A stretch of 20,000 nt of DNA. Origin: an uncultured virus (IMG/VR IMGVR_UViG_3300020183_000058). Taxonomy: Duplodnaviria; Heunggongvirae; Uroviricota; Caudoviricetes; Kyanoviridae. The notes beneath the pieces are model-generated. The model was not told the origin of the DNA and did not search any database. It saw only the letters and a list, made by a program, of their open reading frames with translations. Location of the stretch: IMG/VR virus record IMGVR_UViG_3300020183_000058. One strand, 5' to 3'. Of the stretch, positions 10,068-18,382 are shown piece by piece; position 1 is the first letter of the stretch; every line of letters starts with the position of its first letter. A program made the position numbers and the translations under genes.

Positions 10068-12164
10068 CTAGAAACAAGATGTAACTGATGGATCATCAAT
10101 ATCGGGGAATGATGTAAAGATTGCTCCAATATTTAGATCATTGATTGATCCAAGGACATTAGGATCTAATGTAAATGGATCGAAAGTTCCAGCTCCCTGA
10201 GTTACTGTTGCTACATCCTGAGGAATAATCACAGGAATTGATATATCTAGTAACGTTCCAGGTGGAGGTGTAATAATAGGAGAAGCAGGAAGTGCTGTAG
10301 TATTTATAGTGCCTAGAACACCTGTTCCTGTTGGTGATGCGGTGCCTATACCAGAAATACCAAGAACTTTTATAGGTCCAAAACAAACAATTCCTTTTTT
10401 ATAATCAACAGTACCAATTTTATTTTTTAGAATAATAGTTTTTGAGTTAAGAGTTGTAATTAACTGTACAGTTCCTTTGCCATCATCTCTCATTCTGACA
10501 GGAACAAAAACTGTTTCACTGTTTCCAACAAAAATACCAGCATCTAATTGATCAGAATAATTTAGATTAATTAATTGTTCAGTAATGCCATCTACGAAAA
10601 ATTCATTTGTGATCATAGCATTAAATAATGCTTTACATGATACACCATCATTTCCGTTACCAACAAAATCACTAGGATTTACAAGACTTTGACCAAAATT
10701 TAAACAAGTTGAGTTGTTCTCACCAAATTCTGGAGCAAATTTCTTGGTTACTGTTACTTGAGTTATATTTCCTTTTACCGATGGATCTGCAGCATCAATA
10801 AGACAATTCAGTTTAGAATAATCAATTCTGTTTCCAAATTTATTTAAGTTAGACTGACCATTAAATTCACCAATAATACCTTGCACTTTACCTACCAAGT
10901 CGGTATTACTTATTGATGTTAGATTAGGATCATAGTAAACATATGATTTAAGATTCATTGTCATTTCATCAGCACCAACAATGACAGGTTCAATAGAAGC
11001 CATGGCATATTCTTTTAAGTCTTTAACAATAGACTTTCTTGTTGCTTCATTTAATTGAGTTCCAGATTTTGTTTTAATTGCAATGTATACTTTACCATAA
11101 ATTGGAGGTGTTAAAGTTTCTCCTCCATATGCTTTAACTGCGACTGCATTGGGGTATACCATTTGAGTAATGGTCTCGTAATCTTGCTCTGTAACTGCTC
11201 TATACTGTGCCGTATAGAGTCTAGGAGCACGGTATTTGATAGTTGTGATGTCTTCTGCCATTACACCATCCTGAGACCCCTGTATGGTGTTAATTCTGAC
11301 CACTGCTGGGTCAATAGCCCTACCTAAATTATCAACAAATTCACCAATAGAATAAAACAACTTACAACCGTTGCCATCTGCACCTTTGGTACGAAGATAT
11401 GAAAGAATAATATATTCTCCATCAATTAATTTTCTACCAATAGTTCCATCTCCAAAAGTTACTTTATATTTTGTATCTTCAATTTCTTCTATAAAGTAAA
11501 CTCTGGAGGTAGAATCTAAAGTAGTAATATTTCTTACGGGAGTGTAAGTATCAATTTCTTGAGACTGCTCAGAAGGACGAATATAAACTTCCAGTAGTGT
11601 AGTATCAACGTCAGCATTCGGAATAATATATTCTTGATTTACAGTATTATCTACAGTATAATTAAAATTTAATCTATTTCCTTGATATATGACTAATTTA
11701 TCAAATGTTGCAACTCCTGTAATTGGATTAACATTTGCAAAAATATCTTTTAAAGTGGCAAATGTGAAAGAATCATCATCTGTAGAACTAACAAAATTAT
11801 CTCCTGCTTTCAGTTTAATGTAATTTGGATATATCCCTTCAGAAGTTAAACTAGATTGAATTTGAATTTTAATACATGCTTTTGCCGCTTTAAGTGATGC
11901 TGGAGTATAGTTGAGTAATTTTGCAACCTTTACAACATTTTCTCTAATTGTGGCACTTTCCAAAAAGTGCTCATTGACAATCATGTTAGCATTAAATGCT
12001 GTGTAATAAGTATTATATGCAAGAGTATCCAGCAAATAAGAAGAAGCTGATCCCTCAAAGTCATAATCTGTAAAATCTTTTCGTGTTCTTAGGTATGACT
12101 TAATCGATTCTCTTATTTGAAAGAAATCTAATGCTGTTAATCTACTTGGTACTCCTGCGGTCAT
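10068..12164 (-). CDS. gp6: Baseplate wedge subunit gp6
   Basis: 698 aa. N-terminus LDFFQIRESIKSYLR..FTDYDFEGS..SYLLDTLAYNTYY..FNANM..NE.FLESATIRENVV..AKLLNY, plus VTFGDG..G and IKYRAPRLY.AQ.RAVT..DY, which are typical T4-like gp6 motifs. Confidence 0.95.
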   Translation of the reverse strand: MTAGVPSRLTALDFFQIRESIKSYLRTRKDFTDYDFEGSASSYLLDTLAYNTYYTAFNANMIVNEHFLESATIRENVVKVAKLLNYTPASLKAAKACIKIQIQSSLTSEGIYPNYIKLKAGDNFVSSTDDDSFTFATLKDIFANVNPITGVATFDKLVIYQGNRLNFNYTVDNTVNQEYIIPNADVDTTLLEVYIRPSEQSQEIDTYTPVRNITTLDSTSRVYFIEEIEDTKYKVTFGDGTIGRKLIDGEYIILSYLRTKGADGNGCKLFYSIGEFVDNLGRAIDPAVVRINTIQGSQDGVMAEDITTIKYRAPRLYTAQYRAVTEQDYETITQMVYPNAVAVKAYGGETLTPPIYGKVYIAIKTKSGTQLNEATRKSIVKDLKEYAMASIEPVIVGADEMTMNLKSYVYYDPNLTSISNTDLVGKVQGIIGEFNGQSNLNKFGNRIDYSKLNCLIDAADPSVKGNITQVTVTKKFAPEFGENNSTCLNFGQSLVNPSDFVGNGNDGVSCKALFNAMITNEFFVDGITEQLINLNYSDQLDAGIFVGNSETVFVPVRMRDDGKGTVQLITTLNSKTIILKNKIGTVDYKKGIVCFGPIKVLGISGIGTASPTGTGVLGTINTTALPASPIITPPPGTLLDISIPVIIPQDVATVTQGAGTFDPFTLDPNVLGSINDLNIGAIFTSFPDIDDPSVTSCF

Positions 12165-12168
12165 GGAT

Positions 12169-12585
12169 TTATCCCTTTGTTAGAAGAAAACTAAAGTTTT
12201 TCATTACTGGTTGACCAATTATTTGATATTCAACAGTAACAGAAAGTGCATTTAAATCATAACGATCATCTTCTACTTCAATATTAAGTATTTTAATTCT
12301 TATCTCATTGTTCTGGAGAGAAACTGCAATCTCGTCTCGTATAGCATCAATCATAAATGGGCTATAATTTTCAAATAACATACCCATTAAATTACTTCCA
12401 AAATATGGTTGGAATAATTTTTCTCCTCTAGCAGTTAAAACTATGTTTCTAACTGACTGTTTTATTGCCTCTTCATTTTTTAACGTAGAAAAATCACCAG
12501 TAACAGGGTTAGACTTAAATGATAAACTAAAGTCTTTGTACCCTCTACTGGTGAATTCTCTTGATCGGCTGCTAATTCTAGCCAT
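12169..12585 (-). CDS. gp25: Baseplate wedge subunit gp25 (GPW/gp25 family, sheath initiator)
   Basis: 138 aa. Motifs YKDFSLSF..NPVTGD..LKNEEAIKQSVRNIVLT..GEKLF.P.FGS.L..LFE and E.RI; immediately upstream of gp6. Confidence 0.95.
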   Translation of the reverse strand: MARISSRSREFTSRGYKDFSLSFKSNPVTGDFSTLKNEEAIKQSVRNIVLTARGEKLFQPYFGSNLMGMLFENYSPFMIDAIRDEIAVSLQNNEIRIKILNIEVEDDRYDLNALSVTVEYQIIGQPVMKNFSFLLTKG

Positions 12586-12588
12586 ATT

Positions 12589-12783
12589 TTATACGTGCCA
12601 TCTCTCTACGAAATCATCAAATCCTCCTTTTCCACCACACCATTTCGATAATCTGTTTTTTGGAACTTGATATGTGTTTTTTGAAAGATATTTTTCACTG
12701 GCATAATCTGTAATCAAACACCTCGTTCCAAATTCTTGCATCATATAATTCATATCTCTATCGGGGTTTGGACTTTGTGCCAT
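12589..12783 (-). CDS. Small hypothetical phage protein (64 aa, MAQSPNPDRDMNYMMQEFGTRCLITDY...)
   Basis: I place the start at ATG 12783 because AGGAG lies 5 nt upstream; the ORF track's TTG start at 12837 falls in a structured leader. Stop is 3 nt before the gp25 start. Confidence 0.75.
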   Translation of the reverse strand: MAQSPNPDRDMNYMMQEFGTRCLITDYASEKYLSKNTYQVPKNRLSKWCGGKGGFDDFVERWHV

Positions 12784-12839
12784 AAATCTCCTAAAATGTC
12801 TGTGAACAGAACTTTTTAGGAGGTTGCTATCTCCCAAAT

Positions 12840-13301
12840 CTATTTAGCAAGCATATCAATGTCTTCACCTAAGACTTCACGTAACATTTCATCATTCCAA
12901 TGACTATAATATCCCATATCACGCAATATAACACGATATTTCCTCAAAACTGCACGAGTATTTAAGAAAATAATATTGTGCTTGCCATTATTTGACTGAA
13001 TTCCATTGATGTAAGTGTTATAAGTGGCACAATCTTCTAAAAATATGTACTCTGGAAACTTTTTATTGTAAAATTCTACCCAAAATTGGATACTAGCTAG
13101 GTCAAGATAGTCCTCAACCACATAAAAAACGACATCATACCCAGAAACGGGCATAATGTCCTCTGCTTGACACTCTACAATTAGGGTTTTTGCTTTAGCA
13201 GCAAACGGACAAACCGCAAAACCTCCTAATTCTGGACGAACTTCAGATATTCTTGCAATCCATTCTTGTATATCTGTCTCTATTTTATTTTCCTTGTCCA
13301 C
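12840..13301 (-). CDS. Hypothetical phage protein (~153 aa) with W..(x)n..CPFA motif, reminiscent of the DUF1415 N-terminus
   Basis: The ORF-track frame is real, but its first ~30 codons overlap the 48-aa basic gene. Likely start is GTG 13301 (alternatively ATG 13322). Sequence IQEWIARISEVRPELGGFAVCPFAAK. Confidence 0.7.
   Translation of the reverse strand: MDKENKIETDIQEWIARISEVRPELGGFAVCPFAAKAKTLIVECQAEDIMPVSGYDVVFYVVEDYLDLASIQFWVEFYNKKFPEYIFLEDCATYNTYINGIQSNNGKHNIIFLNTRAVLRKYRVILRDMGYYSHWNDEMLREVLGEDIDMLAK
12841..12847 (-). promoter_or_regulatory. Candidate T4-type late promoter (CTAAATA)
   Basis: TAAATA core of T4-like late promoters, directly upstream of the structured leader of the 12783 gene and the gp25-gp6-gp7 genes. 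Confidence 0.5.
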
Positions 13302-13431
13302 GATATGCTTTTTTCCGTCCATTTCTTGCAGTTGCAGCAAGATTTGTGTTCTTAGAACGTCCCTGAGATGTAAGATGTGGTTTCCCAGGAACATAATTTG
13401 TCTTTACTAGACCAATTTTTGATTTTGCCAT
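13285..13431 (-). CDS. Small highly basic protein (48 aa), MAKSKIGLVKTNYVPGKPHLTSQGRSKNTNLAATARNGRKKAYRGQGK
   Basis: Not in the ORF track. ATG 13431 is preceded by GAGGGAG (SD-like); TAA at 13285-13287. Fills the gap between the PAAR gene and the next gene. No acidic residues. Confidence 0.8.
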   Translation of the reverse strand: MAKSKIGLVKTNYVPGKPHLTSQGRSKNTNLAATARNGRKKAYRGQGK

Positions 13432-13452
13432 AAAATCTCCCTCAAAGATTAC

Positions 13453-13983
13453 TTAAGATGATAGCACTAGTGGTGCTCCGAATGCAACAACTGACGAACA
13501 TGGATAGGATCTAAACGGTGTTCCAAATCCAAGAGGATCTAATACCCTAGCTACTCTTCTTTTTAGAGCAAATACAGTAAAAGTCATTGCAAAAACAAAT
13601 CTTATATGTCCAACACCAAACATATCCTCAGCAGTTAAAATACTACAGGGAATTGGTGTTGGAATTGGACATATACTTGGACCGCATGGACACATGTAAA
13701 TAATAAGATTCGTACATGCTGACGGATGTGTTATAAATGCATCAAAGTCCAACATAATTGGCAACTTGTGTACCATTACAAGAGCATTTGCAATTGTGAT
13801 AGGACTAATTGGAATTAGTGGAAATGGTGGCCACCAACATGTAAAGTTCTTCTCTATGATAGATCTTGGTATTGGTGGTGAACCGCAGGGTTGCACAGAA
13901 TGCACCACAGGCGGCAAACAAATACCATGCCCACTACATGGTAGTCCTGCGTGAAATGCTACTGGTGAGATCCAACCTTTCAT
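13453..13983 (-). CDS. PAAR-like baseplate spike-tip protein (T4 gp5.4-like) with Cys/Pro-rich insertions
   Basis: Pattern CSGHG..PP / VMVHKLPI....DAFITH / GH / VFALKRRVARVLDPLG / CSSVVAFGAPLV parallels the gp5.4/PAAR repeats and their His/Cys metal ligands; structural gene context. Confidence 0.75.
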   Translation of the reverse strand: MKGWISPVAFHAGLPCSGHGICLPPVVHSVQPCGSPPIPRSIIEKNFTCWWPPFPLIPISPITIANALVMVHKLPIMLDFDAFITHPSACTNLIIYMCPCGPSICPIPTPIPCSILTAEDMFGVGHIRFVFAMTFTVFALKRRVARVLDPLGFGTPFRSYPCSSVVAFGAPLVLSS

Positions 13984-13984
13984 A

Positions 13985-16900
13985 TTAGTTTGTTGCGTTT
14001 AAACAAATGTCAAAATATGGATTGCCTAATCTATTTACTGCATCAGCATAAACTTTAGCTGATCCAGTTGAATAGTTTTTGACTGTAACCGTACCTTTAA
14101 AAGGACCTAAACGAACTAGATCATTATTTTGGTCAATTACAGTCGGATCAAAAGCAATCGAACTATCTATATCAGTAATACCCTCACATACTGGCATTGT
14201 GTAAATATAATTATCCCACTGCCCCTGCAGACCTACACCATTCCCATCACCATCATAACCTGAATACTTTTGAAACAACCCATTTGGACCAGAATAATGA
14301 TCCCATGATGTATTTGGTTGATTAGGTCCATTATATTTTGGTGTGAGAACTACAAGTCCAAGTCCTCCCCACCGATAACTCCGACCATTGAGTCCTATCC
14401 CACTCGTTCCTGTTAAAGTAGTTGCTGGTTGTCCAACCCAAACAAAATATGCATCATCTACACTTAGGTGTGTGTAATCATATACATTTTCATCCAATCC
14501 AATTGGATAGAATGAAATATCTCCATCACCTGCCCTAAAGCATCTTCCCTCATAACTACCTCTTTCACAGTGCCACGTTTTAATGTTCCCTGGTGCTGCT
14601 CTAGGAGCAAGTTGCTTCGGTGCTTGTAAACCCTTCATTTTAGTCATGAAGGCAGTATTGAGTGCCGCAGAACCAGCAGTACCAGTGAAATCTCCATCAA
14701 CTTCCATGTAAATATTAAATTTGGTGGATTCTTTCTTAGAGGCTGCATATTGGAATGGCATCCAACCAAATACTTTTTTAGAAGCTCCTGCACCAGTTTC
14801 ATATGCACAGGGAATATCATAAAATCTGCGGGTACTATACAGTGTAGGTTGTGCCATAGTCAAACATGAAGATGAAGCAATACCTTCTTTAGTAATAGCA
14901 CCATAGAGACCACTAGCAGTATCTGCTTGAATTTGTAAATTACTAAATGCTGCACCACCTTGAGAGGCATAGTTAGCATACCCTGCTCTAAAGTTACCAT
15001 TAGTGTCTTGTGCAATTATATTTTTAAATAAAGCAGTATTATAATAATCCAGTGGATTGATAGTCTTGAATAATGGTTGAATGCAACTACCAGGTACACC
15101 AATACAAAACTTTAGAGTATTGACTGGATCAATGTCACCGACACCTTTGATGTAACCTGTTCTAACATCTTGTGCTACACCTTTATCAAAAGTTTTAAAT
15201 GCTGATGAAATAGCATTAGTAAGTTTTGGGTTTTTTAATGATTGACCAATCAATGCATTTACATCAGGAGAACCTGTATTAGTGCCCCCTACAGCACTTG
15301 ATAAAGAACTTCCAGATGATGTGGTATCACCACCATGTTTTACTTCTTGAGATAAAATTTTTGGATCGTAGACGATGACCTTTGGTGGATCTTGTTTTGT
15401 ATACCCAGATCCACCATCAATAACAGCAACTTCCTGTATAACTCCTTCCTCACTCATTTGTGTAATTTTACAATTTGCTGGTTTGAGTACTATTGCAGTT
15501 TCATTAATCGTATGACTCTCTTTTAATGATTTTGTTACAATTGTACCTACAGTTGTGTAATCACCATTGTCTCCAATCTTGCCATAGTTAAGTTTATCTC
15601 TATCAATGGATACAGCCTCACTATTAGCATAGTGTGCTGCTGCTTTCTTTGTATCGGCACTAGTATTCTCTGGATTGGGTGGTAAAATCTCAACTGTTGC
15701 TTGATTACTATATCCGTATCCACCATTTTCTATATTTAAAGATTCTACTTTTCCGTTAGCATTAACATTTGCAGTAATCTCTGCTTCATCCATCGTTCTT
15801 CTTGGAATTGCAGCATCTGGATGTAGTTCTACTTTATAGTAGGAAACTTTTTTTCTAAATTCATAAACACCAAACACTGCACACTTATCGGGAATACCCC
15901 ATCCAGCAAGTGCTGTAAAAGATGCTGGGTATTGTGTATTACTACTACTATACACCGAACCAAACACAAAGTTATTACCATCAACTCCATCTGTTACAGG
16001 AGCAAGACGAATGAATCCCGTAGTTAGTTCATCACCCATATAACGATGTTCAGTGATTCTCCAACCATTGACAGTATCTCCTTCAACCATGTTAAATGAT
16101 CCTGCAGTATATCTAAACAGAAGAATTCTATCCTGTGTACCTGCAGTTAAAATATTTTGATCTTCTCCAGCATCATTTCTAACATCAGTATAGATACGAC
16201 TCCTTTTGGTCTTCCATACATTTGGTCTTAACTGATAATAATAACGGTAGATATACGGATCAGTTAGCGGACATGGGTTGTTTTGTGTCGGAGTGCAGCA
16301 ATTGCCTAGGGAGACTCTATCCGTTTGCATACGGACAGCAAACAAAGGTCCATTCCATGGATCTGATGTATCGTATATGTAATAGAAGAATTGTGAGTCA
16401 TAAAGAAATTTGTATCCTAAGAATTTAGGAAGAGATGCTTTAACAGGACCAAATTCACCATACAGAAATGTAAAGTTTGCTCTTTGATCATTAATCTGAA
16501 TATTCAGAAGTCGATTGGGAGCATACCTACCAGTACTCCAACTTGTAGGTTGATTGCCTAATGCCGTACCACCATTCACATCAGTTAACCATCCATATTG
16601 AAATGCGGAACCAGCATATTGTGCCTTACCAACTTCAATGATTCGTTCCTTATTTACACCACTTACTCTCTCAAAGACCCAGCATAAAATTCCAGTATAC
16701 GCATACTGATCTCCACGATCAGGATCTTGCCTATCGTCTCCTGGATACGGTGGTCCTAATGGTCCAGCATTATACTCTTCAAGATTAACTTCTACATTAG
16801 GATGCAACGTATAGAATGAATCCGTAGCAGAACTGCTGTAATAAGAGAAGAGTGGTTTAGCTACTTCTGCAATCTTTGTATTACGATATAACTGTGCCGC

Positions 16901-17335
16901 AGCATAAGACGGAAATCCGTATCCAATAATACCTTGAGATGTATAACCACTCACAGAGGCACTCGTTGATAACTTAGTGTCTTTTAAAGAATTACTGTAA
17001 TGACGATAAATTGGTATGGATCCAGCAACTGAACTAGTCATTAATGTGAATACATACTCATTCTCTGATCTAGGTTCACGATTATATGAACGAGGTTTTT
17101 CGTTCTCGTCTTTTGTGTACAAATGATCCCTACGACGCCCATCGTACATACGGTAAATTTTATTTCGTTGCCCAGTAGATGGTAACGTGATCTGCTCTGG
17201 GTCACCAATATAAAATACTTCGTCCTTACCTACAACATAGGATCCTTTTCCACGACCATAAAATTCTATACCCTGAGTTTGCCAATCAATAGGGTCTGGA
17301 TATCCTCTTGCTGTTTCTTCAATATAAATGGGCAC
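13985..17335 (-). CDS. Large virion structural protein (1116 aa) with N-terminal triple YR.Y...D..YT repeats (DUF5648-like) and GxGY beta repeats
   Basis: Long ORF with GTG start. Repeats IYRMYDGRRRDHLYT / IYRHYSNSLKDTKLS / LFSYYSSSATDSFYT. NIENGGYGYS and AVIDGGSGYT..PPKV match the gp7 repeats. Stop is adjacent to the PAAR gene start. Confidence 0.8.
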   Translation of the reverse strand: MPIYIEETARGYPDPIDWQTQGIEFYGRGKGSYVVGKDEVFYIGDPEQITLPSTGQRNKIYRMYDGRRRDHLYTKDENEKPRSYNREPRSENEYVFTLMTSSVAGSIPIYRHYSNSLKDTKLSTSASVSGYTSQGIIGYGFPSYAAAQLYRNTKIAEVAKPLFSYYSSSATDSFYTLHPNVEVNLEEYNAGPLGPPYPGDDRQDPDRGDQYAYTGILCWVFERVSGVNKERIIEVGKAQYAGSAFQYGWLTDVNGGTALGNQPTSWSTGRYAPNRLLNIQINDQRANFTFLYGEFGPVKASLPKFLGYKFLYDSQFFYYIYDTSDPWNGPLFAVRMQTDRVSLGNCCTPTQNNPCPLTDPYIYRYYYQLRPNVWKTKRSRIYTDVRNDAGEDQNILTAGTQDRILLFRYTAGSFNMVEGDTVNGWRITEHRYMGDELTTGFIRLAPVTDGVDGNNFVFGSVYSSSNTQYPASFTALAGWGIPDKCAVFGVYEFRKKVSYYKVELHPDAAIPRRTMDEAEITANVNANGKVESLNIENGGYGYSNQATVEILPPNPENTSADTKKAAAHYANSEAVSIDRDKLNYGKIGDNGDYTTVGTIVTKSLKESHTINETAIVLKPANCKITQMSEEGVIQEVAVIDGGSGYTKQDPPKVIVYDPKILSQEVKHGGDTTSSGSSLSSAVGGTNTGSPDVNALIGQSLKNPKLTNAISSAFKTFDKGVAQDVRTGYIKGVGDIDPVNTLKFCIGVPGSCIQPLFKTINPLDYYNTALFKNIIAQDTNGNFRAGYANYASQGGAAFSNLQIQADTASGLYGAITKEGIASSSCLTMAQPTLYSTRRFYDIPCAYETGAGASKKVFGWMPFQYAASKKESTKFNIYMEVDGDFTGTAGSAALNTAFMTKMKGLQAPKQLAPRAAPGNIKTWHCERGSYEGRCFRAGDGDISFYPIGLDENVYDYTHLSVDDAYFVWVGQPATTLTGTSGIGLNGRSYRWGGLGLVVLTPKYNGPNQPNTSWDHYSGPNGLFQKYSGYDGDGNGVGLQGQWDNYIYTMPVCEGITDIDSSIAFDPTVIDQNNDLVRLGPFKGTVTVKNYSTGSAKVYADAVNRLGNPYFDICLNATN

Positions 17336-17345
17336 TTCACTTTTG

Positions 17346-17642
17346 TTATCGTCCTTCGATGTTATTTAGACGGGTATACAGGTCATCAAATAATTGTTTG
17401 ATGTTTAAGTGATCATCATATCCATCTGGTTTATACTTAATCATATTGACACCAGGCTCAGGGAATTTTTTCACAAATTCTTCTATCGCAGCAATTCGAT
17501 CCGCAAGATTATTCAGTGCCTGAGCAATTACCCCATGACAATATTCATTCTCTTCCCACTTATCATCAAACTCTGGTACATCAGATGACATAGTAAAGAC
17601 CTCCCCTGTGTTTTCAATATCTTGTATAAACTCATAATCCAT
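17346..17642 (-). CDS. Hypothetical phage protein (98 aa, acidic, short coiled-coil segments)
   Basis: ORF track; tightly packed between its neighbours; GAGG upstream of the start. Confidence 0.75.
   Translation of the reverse strand: MDYEFIQDIENTGEVFTMSSDVPEFDDKWEENEYCHGVIAQALNNLADRIAAIEEFVKKFPEPGVNMIKYKPDGYDDHLNIKQLFDDLYTRLNNIEGR
17363..17369 (-). promoter_or_regulatory. Candidate T4-type late promoter (CTAAATA)
   Basis: TAAATA core 28 nt upstream of the 1116-aa structural gene start. Confidence 0.45.
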
Positions 17643-17651
17643 AAAGTTTTT

Positions 17652-17816
17652 TTATTCCTCAGAAACAGGAGTGAGGATAAAACAATCCCCATCTATTTCG
17701 TAATTTAAAATATCACCCTCTTCCCATCCGAGTTCCTCGATTATTTCGTCGGGAATCGGACAGAAGAGAGTGCCCTCTGAATCTTCTTCTAGTGTTACAA
17801 TAAATTTCTTAGACAT
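17652..17816 (-). CDS. AbrB/MazE/SpoVT-family small DNA-binding-fold protein (54 aa)
   Basis: Not in the ORF track. MSKKFIVTLEEDSEGTLFCPIPDEIIEELGWEEGDILNYEIDGDCFILTPVSEE fits the swapped-hairpin pattern G.l.i.IP.ei.e.LG..eGD.l......i.l.P. Confidence 0.8.
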   Translation of the reverse strand: MSKKFIVTLEEDSEGTLFCPIPDEIIEELGWEEGDILNYEIDGDCFILTPVSEE

Positions 17817-17840
17817 CTCGGATATATTCATCGTTTTGAT

Positions 17841-18014
17841 TTATATATCAGAAATGTACTTTTCATTCCTCCACACTGTTTGAAGTTTAATCTCAGTGAG
17901 CAATGTGTCAATGTTCCCATTGTTCTCTGCAATTGGTTGAAGGGTATTGACAAGAAGATTCACTTCATCAGCAGTAAGGGTTACATTCACAAGTTTCTTC
18001 TGACGCAATTTCAT
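17841..18014 (-). CDS. Small hypothetical protein (57 aa, MKLRQKKLVNVTLTADEVNLLVNTL...)
   Basis: ORF-track frame. ATG 18014 (GGAG about 10 nt upstream) is preferred over the TTG at 18029. Confidence 0.55.
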   Translation of the reverse strand: MKLRQKKLVNVTLTADEVNLLVNTLQPIAENNGNIDTLLTEIKLQTVWRNEKYISDI

Positions 18015-18203
18015 GTGGGGGGACTCCAATTCATTAGTAGTTATACAAAAACCCTCTGATCTATTTTTTATACTGGGGAAATTTTTCTATGGGGGGACCC
18101 TAAAAAAATAATCAATAATATACAGGGGGTGGGTGCTAGGGACCGTTATAGTTTAACAGTGTCTTTGATTTTTATAGTCGAGGGGGGCATGTAGCACCCC
18201 CTC

Positions 18204-18232
18204 AGTATAACTCAGAAGTCGATCTCTGTCAA
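18204..18232 (-). promoter_or_regulatory. Sigma70-type promoter TTGACA-N17-TATACT
   Basis: -35 at 18227-18232, -10 at 18204-18209, 17-bp spacer. Overlaps the end of the 56-aa gene. Confidence 0.8.
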
Positions 18233-18382
18233 GGTGGGAACACCCAGGACCTGCTCAATCATGGGAGACTCGATATAGTCGAAGGTGCTCACATTGTCAG
18301 AGGTGAGTGCATCGAGAATCGAGAGGATTTCGGTGCCTGTGCTACCCTGACGGAGCATCGAGATCATAACAGATTTGGACAT
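18212..18382 (-). CDS. Small early-type hypothetical protein (56 aa, MSKSVMISMLRQGSTGTEILSILDALTSDNVSTFDYIESPMIEQVLGVPTLTEIDF)
   Basis: Not in the ORF track. ATG 18382, TGA 18212-18214; C-ending codon bias like its neighbours. Confidence 0.75.
   Translation of the reverse strand: MSKSVMISMLRQGSTGTEILSILDALTSDNVSTFDYIESPMIEQVLGVPTLTEIDF

Noticed and set aside
13302..13394. N-terminal extension of ORF 12840-13394
   Set aside because: Better explained by the overlapping 48-aa basic gene, which has its own SD.
10159..16428. ORFs 10159-10386 (-), 12443-12670 (+), 13766-13954 (+), 16222-16428 (+)
   Set aside because: They overlap well-supported genes in another frame or strand and have no recognisable motifs.
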